From Shimia sp. (GTDB lineage Bacteria; Pseudomonadota; Alphaproteobacteria; Rhodobacterales; Rhodobacteraceae), in assembly GCA_024224295.1 (NCBI GenBank), contig JAAENN010000177.1:79-64078 (forward strand): a stretch of 64,000 bases of DNA, given 5' to 3'. The position numbers and the translations under genes were made by a program. Below are positions 9,012-18,603 of the stretch, in pieces. Numbering within the stretch: position 1 is the stretch's first letter; the number at the start of each line of letters is the position of its first letter. Below the pieces are notes generated by a model. The model did no database searches, was not told where the DNA came from, and saw only the letters and a list, made by a program, of their open reading frames with translations.

Positions 9012-10067
9012 ATGGATTTATGTTCAATTTTGCGACTCAGGTGGCCACTGTTGCAGGCGCCGATGGCGGGGGTGTCGACATCTGAAATGGCAGCGGCGGT
9101 GAGCAATGTCGGTGGGCTTGGGGCGCTGGGCCTTGGGGCGGCGGGCGTGGACGGGGCGCGGGCGATGATCCGGGCGGCGCGGGCGCTAACCGATAGATCA
9201 ATCAATGCCAATGTGTTTTGCCATGCGCCGGCGCTGCGGGATGCGGATGTGGAAGCAGATTGGTTGGCCGCGCTGGCACCGACATTTTCGCGGTTTGGGG
9301 CGAAACCTCCGGCGGCGTTGCATGAGATTTACACCAGTTTTGTGGTGGATCGAGCGATGTGTGACATGCTGATTGAGGAAGCGCCGGGGGTTGTCAGTCT
9401 GCATTTTGGGCTGCCGGAGAAGGCGTGGATTGCGGAGTTGCAGGCGGCAGGCAATCTGGTGTTTGCCAGTACGACCTATGTGGTTGAGGCGCGGGCCTGT
9501 GAAGCGGCAGGTGTGGACGCGATTGTGGCGCAAGGCATTGAGGCAGGCGGCCATCGCGGGGCGTTCGACCCGGATGCCGAAGATGAGGCGCTGCCGACAC
9601 TTGCGTTGGTTGAGCGGGTGGCGGCGGCGTGTGAGCTGCCGGTGATTGCGGCAGGCGGCCTGATGGATGGCGGTGATGTGGCGCGGGCTTTGGGGCGTGG
9701 CGCGGTTGCTGCGCAGCTGGGGACGGCGTTTTTGGATTGCACGGAGTCGGCAGCGGATGCGGCTTACCGCGCGGCGTTGCGGGACCCGGAGCAGGGGCCG
9801 CCGGTGCTGACCACATCTATTTCAGGGCGCGCGGCACGCTGTATGCGGAATGATTTCGTGGAGCTGGGTCAAGGTTTGCATGCCAAGGTGCCGGACTATC
9901 CTGTGACCTATGATGCAGGCAAGGCGCTGAATGCGGCGGCGAAGGCGGCAGGAGAGACTGGCTTTGGCGCGCAATGGGCGGGCACCGGCGTGGCGCGGAT
10001 GCCGTCTGGTGGTGCAGCAGAGATTTTAGAAGCGATTGGCAGAGAGTTAGACGCGGCGCAGGCCTAA
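9012..10067 (+). CDS. Nitronate monooxygenase family flavoprotein
   Basis: LLQAPMAGVST, AQGIEAGGHRG, IAAGGLMDG, QLGTAFL. GGAGG lies upstream of ATG 9012. Confidence 0.92.
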   Translation: MDLCSILRLRWPLLQAPMAGVSTSEMAAAVSNVGGLGALGLGAAGVDGARAMIRAARALTDRSINANVFCHAPALRDADVEADWLAALAPTFSRFGAKPPAALHEIYTSFVVDRAMCDMLIEEAPGVVSLHFGLPEKAWIAELQAAGNLVFASTTYVVEARACEAAGVDAIVAQGIEAGGHRGAFDPDAEDEALPTLALVERVAAACELPVIAAGGLMDGGDVARALGRGAVAAQLGTAFLDCTESAADAAYRAALRDPEQGPPVLTTSISGRAARCMRNDFVELGQGLHAKVPDYPVTYDAGKALNAAAKAAGETGFGAQWAGTGVARMPSGGAAEILEAIGRELDAAQA

Positions 10068-10079
10068 CCCCAGAAACGC

Positions 10080-10104
10080 GAAATGCCCCGCGTGGGGGCA
10101 TTTC
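10080..10104. terminator. Hairpin between convergent NMO and fabB genes (probable terminator)
   Basis: GAAATGCCCC-gcgtg-GGGGCATTTC. Confidence 0.65.
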
Positions 10105-10128
10105 AAAATTTGTGTATCGTCGCGGAGA

Positions 10129-11358
10129 TCAGCCGCGATATTTGGACAGCAGCATCGAGCCGTTGGTGCCGCCAAAACCAAAGCTGTTGGTCATCACCGT
10201 GTCCAGGCCGGCGTTTTCGACGAGATCGGTGGCCACTTCATCTGGGTCGATCGCCGGGTCGAGGGTTTCCACGTTGATCGATGGCGTGATGAAGTCGCCG
10301 TCCAGCATGAGCAGGCAGAAGATTGCTTCCAGCGCGCCCGCCGCGCCTTGGGCGTGGCCGGTCATGGATTTGGTAGAAGAGATTGGCGGCGTGGTGCCTT
10401 CGCCAAAGACGCGGCGCACGGCTTCAACTTCGCCAACATCCCCCACTGGAGTGGAGGTGCCGTGGGCGTTGATGTAGCTGACCTTGCGGTCTTCTGGCAG
10501 TGTGGCTGTGGCCAAACGCATGGCGCGTTCGCCACCTTCACCAGATGGGGCAACCATGTCGTGACCATCAGACGTTGCGGCAAAGCCGGTCACCTCGGCG
10601 TAGATTTTTGCACCACGGGCCAGCGCGTGCTCGAGGTCTTCCAGAACCACAATGCCGCCACCGCCGGAGATGACAAAGCCGTCGCGGTCCGCGTCAAAGG
10701 CGCGGGAGGCTTTTTCCGGGGTGTCGTTATACTTGCTGCTCATCGCGCCCATGGCGTCAAACAGGCAGGAGAGCGTCCAGTCGAGTTCTTCGCCGCCACC
10801 GGCAAACATCACGTCCTGCTTGCCCATCATGATCTGCTCTGCGGCGTTGCCGATGCAGTGCAGGGAGGTCGAGCAGGCGGAAGTGATCGAGTAGTTGATA
10901 CCTTTGATCTTAAAGGCGGTCGCCAGATTGGCGGAAATGGTCGAGCTCATGCATTTTGGTACGGCAAAAGGCCCAATGCGCTTGGTGGCGCCGGTTTTGG
11001 CGACAGTCTGGTGTGCCACCAGCATCGCCGAGGTGGAGGGACCACCGGAGCCAGCCACAAGACCAGTGCGCTCGTTCACAACCTGATCTTCAGAAAGACC
11101 GGCATCGGCGATGGCCTGTTGCATGGCGATATGGGCGTAAGCCGCGCCGGGGCCCATGAAGCGCAGGGTGCGTTTGTCGACCAGCTCTTTGATGTCGATG
11201 TCGAGGTGGCCTGCGATCTGGCTGCGGAAGCCGTGTTCGGCCATTTCAGCGCTGGCGGAAATGCCGGATTTGCCCGCTTTTAGCGAGGCGGTGACTTCTT
11301 CGGCATTGTTGCCAATCGAGGAAACGATACCCAGTCCGGTAACGACGACGCGACGCAT
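10129..11358 (-). CDS. fabB: Beta-ketoacyl-ACP synthase I
   Basis: SACSTS catalytic Cys, [22 protein letters not shown]. Confidence 0.95.
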   Translation of the reverse strand: MRRVVVTGLGIVSSIGNNAEEVTASLKAGKSGISASAEMAEHGFRSQIAGHLDIDIKELVDKRTLRFMGPGAAYAHIAMQQAIADAGLSEDQVVNERTGLVAGSGGPSTSAMLVAHQTVAKTGATKRIGPFAVPKCMSSTISANLATAFKIKGINYSITSACSTSLHCIGNAAEQIMMGKQDVMFAGGGEELDWTLSCLFDAMGAMSSKYNDTPEKASRAFDADRDGFVISGGGGIVVLEDLEHALARGAKIYAEVTGFAATSDGHDMVAPSGEGGERAMRLATATLPEDRKVSYINAHGTSTPVGDVGEVEAVRRVFGEGTTPPISSTKSMTGHAQGAAGALEAIFCLLMLDGDFITPSINVETLDPAIDPDEVATDLVENAGLDTVMTNSFGFGGTNGSMLLSKYRG

Positions 11359-11512
11359 GTGCGCTCTCCCTTAGTTTGTTGAGCACTATGTAGGGGATGA
11401 AGGGGGGGCGGCGCAAGGTGGGGTGTGGGAGCAGTTAGATTGAACCGCCTTTCGCTGTGAAGGACGGTAACTATATGCTTCTTAAGCTGAGTACAGTTTT
11501 GAGGAGATTGAT

Positions 11513-12131
11513 TTGGAACTATTGATTTTTCTGGCACTGATGTTTGCAGTGGCGATCGCATACCTTCGCAGGCGCGCGCCCAAAATCTAAAGAATATCAA
11601 AGACCAAAGCCGGTCTCGGATGTGACGGTTCGTTCTTCGATGCCAGAAAGTCGCAGGCGGGCTTCTAGCGACAAGGCTGCCAGTGGTTCTTCGACGAGAG
11701 AAAGCCCGACAAGATTGGTAAGTGGGCGGGCCTATGTTGTCGATGGTGACACTTTGAAGATCTCAAAGACGCAAGTGCGCTTATTTGGCGTTGATGCCCC
11801 GGAAATGAACCATCCATACGGGCAAAAGGCTAAGTGGGCCATGGTGGCGCTGTGCAAAGGGCAAACTGTTTCAGCTGAGATAACCGGTGACGATGAATAT
11901 GGCCGGATGGTTGCGAAGTGTACTCTGGAGGATGGGCGAGATTTGTCTGCAGAAATGGTCAAACAAGGAATGGCTATAGACTGGCCGAAATTCTCTGGAG
12001 GTGCTTATGCAAGTTTGGAACCGGAAGGTGTGCGCAAAAAATTGTGGCTGGCTGATGCCCGACAAAAAGGGCGGTTGCATGTTTGGGAAGCCTATGAAGC
12101 GCGCCAAGCGGAACGTCGGAAGCAATCGTAG
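11513..12131 (+). CDS. Thermonuclease (SNase-like) family protein, apparently frameshifted from its N-terminal membrane anchor
   Basis: The catalytic ORF has VVDGDT, RLFGVDAPE and DEYGR. GAGGAG precedes TTG 11513, which opens LELLIFLALMFAVAIAYLRRRAPKI* in a different frame; removing one base near 11582-11585 would join the two frames. Confidence 0.75.
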
Positions 12132-12234
12132 AGCTTGGGACTGGCAGTCCTTTCGACTACGAGCCAACGCGCCCGCCCAGAGGGGGCGTTGCGGGCGCTG
12201 CCAAATCTCTAATTTGGCTTCAGTCGATAGTTTC

Positions 12235-13005
12235 TCACGCCAACCTTGCATCCACATAAAGAACATTGCGCTGGGTGCGTTCCAGGTCTGTGAGGACGCG
12301 GTAGGTTTCTTCGATCTGAGGCAGGGCGAGGATGTGCTCGGGCTTGCCGTCCGCCAGAATGGCGCCGTCGCGTAGGAGCACCAAACGGTCGCAAAATTTG
12401 GCGGCGAGATTCAAATCGTGCAGCGCGGCCATGACCACCGGCTTTTTGCGGTCCATCTCGTTGCGGATGGAGGTCAGGATGGAGAGCTGGTGGTGCAGGT
12501 CCAGCGCGCTTGTGGGTTCATCGAGCAGGATCACGTCTGGCGCGCGTACGATGGTTTGGGCCACCGCCACCATTTGTGCCTGTCCGCCGCTGAGATCAGC
12601 CACGCCACGGTTGGCGAGATGCGAGAGACCAAGGGCGTGCAGTGTGTCAGAGACGCGGTCGAGATTGTCATCGTTCACCCGCCATCCTGTGGTTTGTTTG
12701 AGCGCGAGTAGCACGCTTTCAAAAACCGACAGCAGCGCGTTGCAACCGTAGGCCTGCGGCATGTAGGCGACACGCTTGGCGCGGTCTTTGCGGCCCAGAT
12801 GGGTGACGTCTTCGCCTGCGATGGTCAGCGTGCCGTTGGTGGGTGTGATCAGCCCGGCGATGGTTTTGAACAAGGTGGATTTTCCTGCGGCGTTGGGGCC
12901 GATAAGGCCTACGAAAGCGCCGGAGGGGATGTCTGTGATGGTCACGTCGTGCAACACGGTTGTGCGGCCATAGCCTGCGGACAGACTGGCGATGGTCAGG
13001 GTCAT
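12235..13005 (-). CDS. Iron-complex ABC transporter ATP-binding subunit (FecE/YiuC-like)
   Basis: GPNAAGKST, LSGGQ, LLDEPTSALD. Start moved to ATG 13005 (ATGA overlap with the permease stop). Confidence 0.92.
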   Translation of the reverse strand: MTLTIASLSAGYGRTTVLHDVTITDIPSGAFVGLIGPNAAGKSTLFKTIAGLITPTNGTLTIAGEDVTHLGRKDRAKRVAYMPQAYGCNALLSVFESVLLALKQTTGWRVNDDNLDRVSDTLHALGLSHLANRGVADLSGGQAQMVAVAQTIVRAPDVILLDEPTSALDLHHQLSILTSIRNEMDRKKPVVMAALHDLNLAAKFCDRLVLLRDGAILADGKPEHILALPQIEETYRVLTDLERTQRNVLYVDARLA

Positions 13006-14063
13006 TGCAGGCGCTCCCGTCTTGAGCTGAGGATGATTGAGATGAAAATTGGAACGCCGATCAGAGATGTGATGATGCCGATGGGGTAGATGATGCCCGG
13101 CGTGATGGTTTTGGAGATCAGGGAGGTGAGCGACAGCACCAACGCGCCGACCATGGCCGAGAGCGGTACGAAGTAGCGTTGATCTTCGCCTACCAGCATG
13201 CGGGCGATGTGTGGCCCGACGAGGCCAACGAAGCCGACGGTGCCGACAAAAGACACGGCGGTGGCCGCAAGGAGCGAGATGCAGATCAGCATTTCGACGC
13301 GCAGGCGGCCGACGTCGACGCCCATGCTTTGCGCGGTGGCTTCGCCCATGCGCAGGGCGGTCATCGGCCAGGTGCGGTAAAGGCTGAAGGGGATGGCAAA
13401 ACACAGCAGGATGGTGCCAAGGCCGATCTTTTCCCAGCTGGCGCGGCTGAGCGAACCCATCATCCAGAAGACAATGCGAGCGATCTGATCCTCAGAGGCC
13501 ATGTATTGCATCAGCGCCAGCAGGGCGGAGAAGGTGAAGAAAATTGCGATACCAAACAGGATCATGGTTTCTGAGCCGACACCTTTGAGACGGGTGGCGA
13601 GCAGGATGAAGCCGCAGGTACAGAGCGCGAACACAAAGGCGTTTACGGTGACCAGCAAGGGGCCGACGGCGGGGATGACGCTGAAGCCGAGGACAATGGC
13701 CAGCGAGGCGCCAAAGCTTGCGGCGGCGGAGACGCCAAGCGTGAACGGTTCGGCCAGAGGGTTGTTGAGGATGGTCTGCATCTGTGCGCCGGCAACGGCC
13801 AGCAGTGCGCCGACAAGAACGGCGGTGACGGCGACGGGTAGGCGGTAATCCCAGACAATGACTTTTAACCGGGCGCCGTGGGACATTGGGTCAAAAAGCA
13901 CTTCGGAAACGGTGGAAAGGCTGTAGCCGCCCGGGCCGGTGGTGATGTCCAGAAGGAAACTCAGGCACAGAAGGCCAAAGACAGCGGCGATGACGCCATA
14001 ACGGCGGGACACGCGGGCGACATAGTCGTGGCGGATCGCCGTGGGATCAACTTCGAGGGTCAC
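13002..14063 (-). CDS. FecCD-family iron-complex ABC permease
   Basis: RLP, NPLAEPFTLGVS, GTVGFVGLVGPHIAR, many TM segments. Confidence 0.93.
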   Translation of the reverse strand: MTLEVDPTAIRHDYVARVSRRYGVIAAVFGLLCLSFLLDITTGPGGYSLSTVSEVLFDPMSHGARLKVIVWDYRLPVAVTAVLVGALLAVAGAQMQTILNNPLAEPFTLGVSAAASFGASLAIVLGFSVIPAVGPLLVTVNAFVFALCTCGFILLATRLKGVGSETMILFGIAIFFTFSALLALMQYMASEDQIARIVFWMMGSLSRASWEKIGLGTILLCFAIPFSLYRTWPMTALRMGEATAQSMGVDVGRLRVEMLICISLLAATAVSFVGTVGFVGLVGPHIARMLVGEDQRYFVPLSAMVGALVLSLTSLISKTITPGIIYPIGIITSLIGVPIFISIILSSRRERLQ

Positions 14064-14095
14064 GGGGGAGGTCTCCGAGGAGGGAAAAAGAGGGT

Positions 14096-14119
14096 CCGGC
14101 CCCGCATGAGCGGAGCCGG
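14096..14119 (-). other. Intercistronic hairpin after the iron SBP gene
   Basis: CCGGCCCCGC-atga-GCGGAGCCGG. Confidence 0.6.
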
Positions 14120-14135
14120 GAGTTGGCGAGGGGGA

Positions 14136-15290
14136 TTAGCCGCCAACCTTCAGACTGCCCCAGAACACGCCGGAGTAGTCGATCGGAAGGAACTTATCGT
14201 GCAGTTCCTTCATGGAGGCTTCTGGGTCCACGTCTTCAAACAGCTCCGGGTGCATCCATTTGGCAAAGGCCTGCATGGCGACGAAGTGATAAGGGCTGTT
14301 GTAGAATTGGTGGTAGACGGAGTGGAAACGACCGTTTTTCACAGCCGACAGTTCGCCCCAGCCTTCGCGAGAGGCAAGACCTGCGAGGCGTTCTTGTACT
14401 GCGGCAGGCTCCGCTTCGTAGCCAAAGAGAACGGCGGTGGTCGCCGGGTTTGCCTCAGACCAGTTGGCGCCGGTGCCGATGATGATTTCCGGATCATCGG
14501 CAAAGATAGCCTCAAGGCTGACGCTGGTTTTAAAACCTGGGAACTTCATAGAGCCCCAGTTGCGGCCACCTGCCAGATCAACCAGGCGACCAAGGTTGGC
14601 GGCACCGTAGGTGTTGCAGCATTTGTTCGGGTTATAGCCTGCGGCGTTTTCGATGAAGACAATCGGGCGGTCTTCAGCAGGGATCTGTGCCACGCGGGAG
14701 TAGATCTGTTTCATCTGACGCTGGTAGAAATCGCCAAACTCATCCGCCTGATCGCGTTTGTCAAAGATGCGCCCCATCAGCTGGATGCTGGGCACGGTGT
14801 TCTCTGTTGGGTTCTGACGGAAGTCGACAAAGACCGTGGCCACGCCGGCTTCGTCCAGTTTTTCAATGATGCCGCTTTCCTGCGCCTTGAGCAGGTTGCC
14901 GAGGTTCATGAACACCACTTCGGTGCCAAGCGCCACCACCGCCTCAAGGTTCCATTCGTCGGAGTAGGGGCTGCCGAAGCTCTTCAGATCAGCGATTTCC
15001 GGGTATTTGGCGAGATACTTGCGATAAGCGTCTGGGTCATATTTGACCATGTCGTCTTTCCAGCCGACGACGCGCTCAAACGGGTTGTCTTGGTCCAGTA
15101 GCGCAATCGAATAGATCATGCGGCCTTCGCCGATCACGACTTTGGAAGGGTTCTTTTCAACTTCGACAACGCGGCCCGCGACGTCGGTGACGGTGATGGT
15201 CTCTGCAAGGGCAATCGTGGCGGTTGTGACGGAAAACGTCACTGCTGCGGCAGCGGAGCAAAGACCCCGTGTCAGTGTGCTGACTTTCAT
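14136..15290 (-). CDS. Iron-complex ABC substrate-binding protein (YiuA-like class III SBP)
   Basis: Signal peptide, then ITVTDVAGRVV. GGAGAG precedes ATG 15290. Co-oriented with the FecCD permease and ATPase. Confidence 0.85.
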   Translation of the reverse strand: MKVSTLTRGLCSAAAAVTFSVTTATIALAETITVTDVAGRVVEVEKNPSKVVIGEGRMIYSIALLDQDNPFERVVGWKDDMVKYDPDAYRKYLAKYPEIADLKSFGSPYSDEWNLEAVVALGTEVVFMNLGNLLKAQESGIIEKLDEAGVATVFVDFRQNPTENTVPSIQLMGRIFDKRDQADEFGDFYQRQMKQIYSRVAQIPAEDRPIVFIENAAGYNPNKCCNTYGAANLGRLVDLAGGRNWGSMKFPGFKTSVSLEAIFADDPEIIIGTGANWSEANPATTAVLFGYEAEPAAVQERLAGLASREGWGELSAVKNGRFHSVYHQFYNSPYHFVAMQAFAKWMHPELFEDVDPEASMKELHDKFLPIDYSGVFWGSLKVGG

Positions 15291-15348
15291 GGGTCTCTCC
15301 TTGGGTATGTCGCGATAAGAGTCGCGATCTGGGCGCAAATGATATATA

Positions 15349-15365
15349 TGTACTAAAAGAGTCAA
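15349..15365. promoter_or_regulatory. Candidate Iron-Rhodo-box (IscR/Rrf2-type operator) overlapping a TTGACT -35 element
   Basis: TGTACTAAAAGAGTCAA is a partial match to the CTGActrawtyagTCAG consensus as I recall it, ~60 bp upstream of the iron SBP start. Confidence 0.5.
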
Positions 15366-15820
15366 GTAAATGAGTGAGGATTTCTTCAAAACGTGAGCAA
15401 AGCGGAAATCAGAGCTTTGGGTTCATTCTTTTTGGGGGGCGACGCCACTGAACTAGAAAAGGTCGGCGCCCTTTAATGCGCTGGTGGCGAAGGGAAGCCA
15501 TAACGTCATTTTACTGGTTGCCGCGCTTTGCTCGAACGATTGCTTTCAATTGCTGCAGTGGGAATGAGGCTAACCATATGTCCATTGCGTTCCTTTCCCC
15601 GTGAAGCCGGCGTTTAACCCTGCTGTTAGGCGCTACGCTAGAGAACCGGATTGCCAAGTGGGCAATGCCTGACTCTGTAGGTGAAGGTGCAGGTAGTCCA
15701 ACCAACGATCAGATCAGGCTTTATGAAAGGCGAGCTCAGGGTGGACTCGTCCTGTCGATCATGGGTGAATTTAGGGCGCGCCTCATTTTGCGGCCCCCCG
15801 TGCAATCTCATTCTAAACAA

Positions 15821-16021
15821 TCACTCGGACGAGGGAAAACTTGAACGCTTTGCAAGAGCGTTCAAGTTCAGGTACCCGTTCGAGACCTTCACCATGTCAG
15901 CCTTTGGAAGCATCATGTCCAGACGATCACAGTTGCGATCCTCGTCTCCGATGACGCTGTGACGGATATCTGTCGAAGTCGGGATCATGTCGATCAAAGC
16001 TTCGCCGCAGCATAAGATTAT
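15821..16021 (-). pseudogene. PfkB-family fructokinase remnant (start codon ATA, large internal deletion)
   Basis: AAGGA RBS, then ATA-ILCCGEALIDMIP (PfkB N-terminus) fused directly to DIRHSVIGDEDRNCDRLDMMLPKADMVKVS (mid-protein PNIRP...DIVKVS region), then an early stop. Confidence 0.75.
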
Positions 16022-16037
16022 TGCCAGTATCCTTTTT

Positions 16038-16664
16038 CTAAATCGTAATTGTCGAAGGTAGAGCGCGGTCTGCGATTGACTTCGCGTTCGCCAAATCATT
16101 TCCCAATGCACGCTGTTCGGCCTGGTCTTGAGGCAGGCCAAAGTCGATCCACCGTTGAACCAGCCGCTGTTTCAGTATCTCAGTTGGCACGTTCAACCGG
16201 ATTGAGACATCCCAAAAGGTTTGCAGATCTTGCCAGACGGGTGCATCAAATAAGAGGTAGTTCCCCTCAATCACAACGCAGTCGCATTGGGCATCAACGA
16301 CACCAGCCGCCGCACGCGAGAAATCTTCATCGCGATCAAAGGTTGGGTAGAAAACCCTGTCCACATGAGACAAAGCTTGGACCAATCGGAGGACACCTTC
16401 TGCATCGAAAGTTTCAGGCGCGCCTTTCCGGTGCAGCAAATTCAAATCTGACAGAACCCGATTGTCCAAATGAAAGCCATCCATCGGAACTACGGATGTC
16501 GAGCAGCCAGCTTGGGACAAGCTATCGGCCAACGCCCACGACAAGGTGGTTTTTCCCGACGCGGGCGGTCCCGCCAGAGCGATAAGTTTGCGTTTTCCGC
16601 TTTGGGGCGCTGTCAAAATCTGTTCCGACAGCGCCTGCGCGATGCTATGCTGTGCTGTCATCAT
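16038..16664 (-). CDS. frcK: FrcK-like P-loop kinase (uridine/pantothenate-kinase-like)
   Basis: GPPASGKTT, VVPMDGFH, RKGAPETFD, IEGNYLL; last intact gene of the sugar ABC operon. Confidence 0.75.
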   Translation of the reverse strand: MMTAQHSIAQALSEQILTAPQSGKRKLIALAGPPASGKTTLSWALADSLSQAGCSTSVVPMDGFHLDNRVLSDLNLLHRKGAPETFDAEGVLRLVQALSHVDRVFYPTFDRDEDFSRAAAGVVDAQCDCVVIEGNYLLFDAPVWQDLQTFWDVSIRLNVPTEILKQRLVQRWIDFGLPQDQAEQRALGNDLANAKSIADRALPSTITI

Positions 16665-17434
16665 GCCGCGTCCTGGGCGGGTGGCTCTTTAGCCCCTGTC
16701 ATGAAGGCGACGGCATCGGACATAGTGTAGTCCTTGGGGTTGATCGTGCAGAGACGTTTGCCTAACCGATGAATGTGGATCCGGTCAGCGACTTCAAAGA
16801 CATGGGGCATGTTGTGGCTGATCAGGATGATTGGGATACCACGGGCACGCACGTCCTTGATGAGCTCCAGCACTTTGCGGCTTTCCTTCACGCCCAAAGC
16901 TGCCGTAGGTTCATCCATGATAATGAACTTAGTGGCAAAGGCCGCGGCGCGAGCCACCGCAACCCCTTGGCGCTGCCCGCCAGACAGGGTTTCCACGGGT
17001 TGCTTGATGGACTGCACAGTCATCAGGCCCAGTTCAGTGAGCTTTTCTCGGGCGAACCTCTCCATGGCTTGTTTATCAAGCATGCGTAGGTACTTTCCAA
17101 GGAAGCCGGGTTTACGCAGTTCCCGACCCGTGAACATGTTGTCTGCGATGGACAATGCCGGAGACAGGGCGAGGTTCTGATAAACGATTTCGATCCCCAG
17201 TTCACGAGCCTCAATAGGTGAGGAAAAGTTGACCTGCTTACCTTCGATCAGGATCTCTCCCGCATCCGGAGAAGTGGCACCGCAAATCGCTTTGACGATC
17301 GACGATTTCCCTGCTCCGTTGTCACCAATCACTGCAAGGATTTCGCCAGGGAGTAATTCGAAATCTGAGTGATCAATAGCCGTTACGTGGCCGTAGCGTT
17401 TGACGACGCCTTTAGCTTGGACAACTGGTGTCAT
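16661..17434 (-). CDS. frcA: Sugar (fructose) ABC transporter ATP-binding protein
   Basis: GDNGAGKS, LSGGQRQ, MDEPTAALG. Start ATG 17434 overlaps the permease stop. Confidence 0.85.
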   Translation of the reverse strand: MTPVVQAKGVVKRYGHVTAIDHSDFELLPGEILAVIGDNGAGKSSIVKAICGATSPDAGEILIEGKQVNFSSPIEARELGIEIVYQNLALSPALSIADNMFTGRELRKPGFLGKYLRMLDKQAMERFAREKLTELGLMTVQSIKQPVETLSGGQRQGVAVARAAAFATKFIIMDEPTAALGVKESRKVLELIKDVRARGIPIILISHNMPHVFEVADRIHIHRLGKRLCTINPKDYTMSDAVAFMTGAKEPPAQDAA

Positions 17435-18489
17435 GCTGAAACCCTCCGGATCCATTGGTCAATTGCGACCGCGATAATGATAAGCCAACCGATTGCAAAA
17501 ACTTGCCACAGCACATCGACACCGGCCATGCGCAGACCTGATTGAAAGACGCCGACGATCAATGCGCCAAAAAGCGCCCCCATGATCGATCCTCGTCCAC
17601 CGAAGAGAGAGATGCCGCCTATGACAACAGCGGTGATGGATTGCAGGTTGCCTTCATAGAACGACTGCGGAGAGATTGATCCCACGCGTCCGATCGAAGC
17701 CCACCCAGCGATGGCGCAGACCAGACCAGCCAGCATATAAACGGAAACCAGCGTGCGTTCTGTGCGAATACCGGACATCTCTGCTGCTTCCATATCGTCA
17801 CCGATGGCATAGACATGACGCCCCCAGGCCGTCTTGTTTAGCATGTACCACAACACAATGAAGATCAGGATCATGAGTATCACGCCAAAAGTGATGCGTG
17901 CACCGCCAATATTGACCGCGTTTCCGAAGAATTTCAAAAGCCCGGCGTGCTCATCAATGTCTTGGCTTCGAATGGATTGCGCGCCGGATAGCCACAGGTT
18001 CAACGCAAAGAAAATGGACCACGTGCCCAGCGTCGTAATGAATGGCGGCAGTTTAATCTTAGTAATCAACAGGCCGTTCATGGCCCCCGCTAACATACCG
18101 CCAGCACAGCCGACGATGATCGCAATCGGCGCAGGCACACCCATATGGACAGCCAGATTTCCCATGATCACCGACATCAGGATCATGATCGCCGCGACCG
18201 ACAAGTCAATGCCAGCGGTAATGATAATAAGGGACTGCGCAGCAGCCAGTATGCCGATTATTGAAACCTGCTGCATGATCAGAGACAGGTTGAACGCGGA
18301 AAAGAACCGTCCCCCTGCGATGATCCAGAACACCGCTAGGCTCAGTATCAATACTATCACCGGTACGAAAGTTGGATTGTTGTGCAATATGTGTTGGACA
18401 CGTTTTAGCAACGTGTGGCGGGTTTCGAACCGTGCGACTTGTGTATCGCTACCGTCCAAGACCTGTTCGTAGCCTGGTTTGGTTGTCAT
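17431..18489 (-). CDS. frcC: Sugar (fructose) ABC transporter permease
   Basis: TAGIDLSV, KLPPFITTLG, AVVIGGISLFGGRG. GGGAG precedes ATG 18489. Confidence 0.85.
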   Translation of the reverse strand: MTTKPGYEQVLDGSDTQVARFETRHTLLKRVQHILHNNPTFVPVIVLILSLAVFWIIAGGRFFSAFNLSLIMQQVSIIGILAAAQSLIIITAGIDLSVAAIMILMSVIMGNLAVHMGVPAPIAIIVGCAGGMLAGAMNGLLITKIKLPPFITTLGTWSIFFALNLWLSGAQSIRSQDIDEHAGLLKFFGNAVNIGGARITFGVILMILIFIVLWYMLNKTAWGRHVYAIGDDMEAAEMSGIRTERTLVSVYMLAGLVCAIAGWASIGRVGSISPQSFYEGNLQSITAVVIGGISLFGGRGSIMGALFGALIVGVFQSGLRMAGVDVLWQVFAIGWLIIIAVAIDQWIRRVSA

Positions 18490-18559
18490 GGCGATCTCCC
18501 TCGCCCCCAGCTTAAGCTGGGTGCTGAGTGTGTTCAAAGGTATCGGTAAATAAATTAAT

Positions 18560-18580
18560 CCAGGGCGATGAGCGCCCTGG
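18560..18580 (-). other. Intercistronic hairpin after the sugar SBP gene
   Basis: CCAGGGCG-atgag-CGCCCTGG. Confidence 0.55.
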
Positions 18581-18603
18581 ACCATTTCTTGATTAGTGTG
18601 GTG

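Noticed and set aside
13006-13404. N-terminal extension of the ABC ATPase ORF (likewise 46140..46571 for the PEP-mutase ORF)
   Set aside because: Overlaps the upstream gene on the same strand in another frame; family N-termini and stop/start overlaps give the shorter starts
13878-15101. 407-aa plus-strand ORF (and similarly 10348..11283)
   Set aside because: Antisense shadows of the iron SBP gene and fabB
15801-15817. ICE (Irr box)-like TTCTAAA half-site
   Set aside because: Only one half matches TTTAGAA-N3-TTCTAAA, and it lies in pseudogene debris far from a start codon
15291-15820. Possible cobalamin riboswitch upstream of the FecCD-family transporter
   Set aside because: No B12-box elements in the right order on the minus strand; the plus-strand GCCACTG/GGGAAG fragments are on the wrong strand and lack the rest of the fold
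15511-15820. Short ORFs that might be the C-terminal remainder of the fructokinase pseudogene
   Set aside because: Only faint resemblance and no GAGD motif; too weak to extend the pseudogene without tblastn
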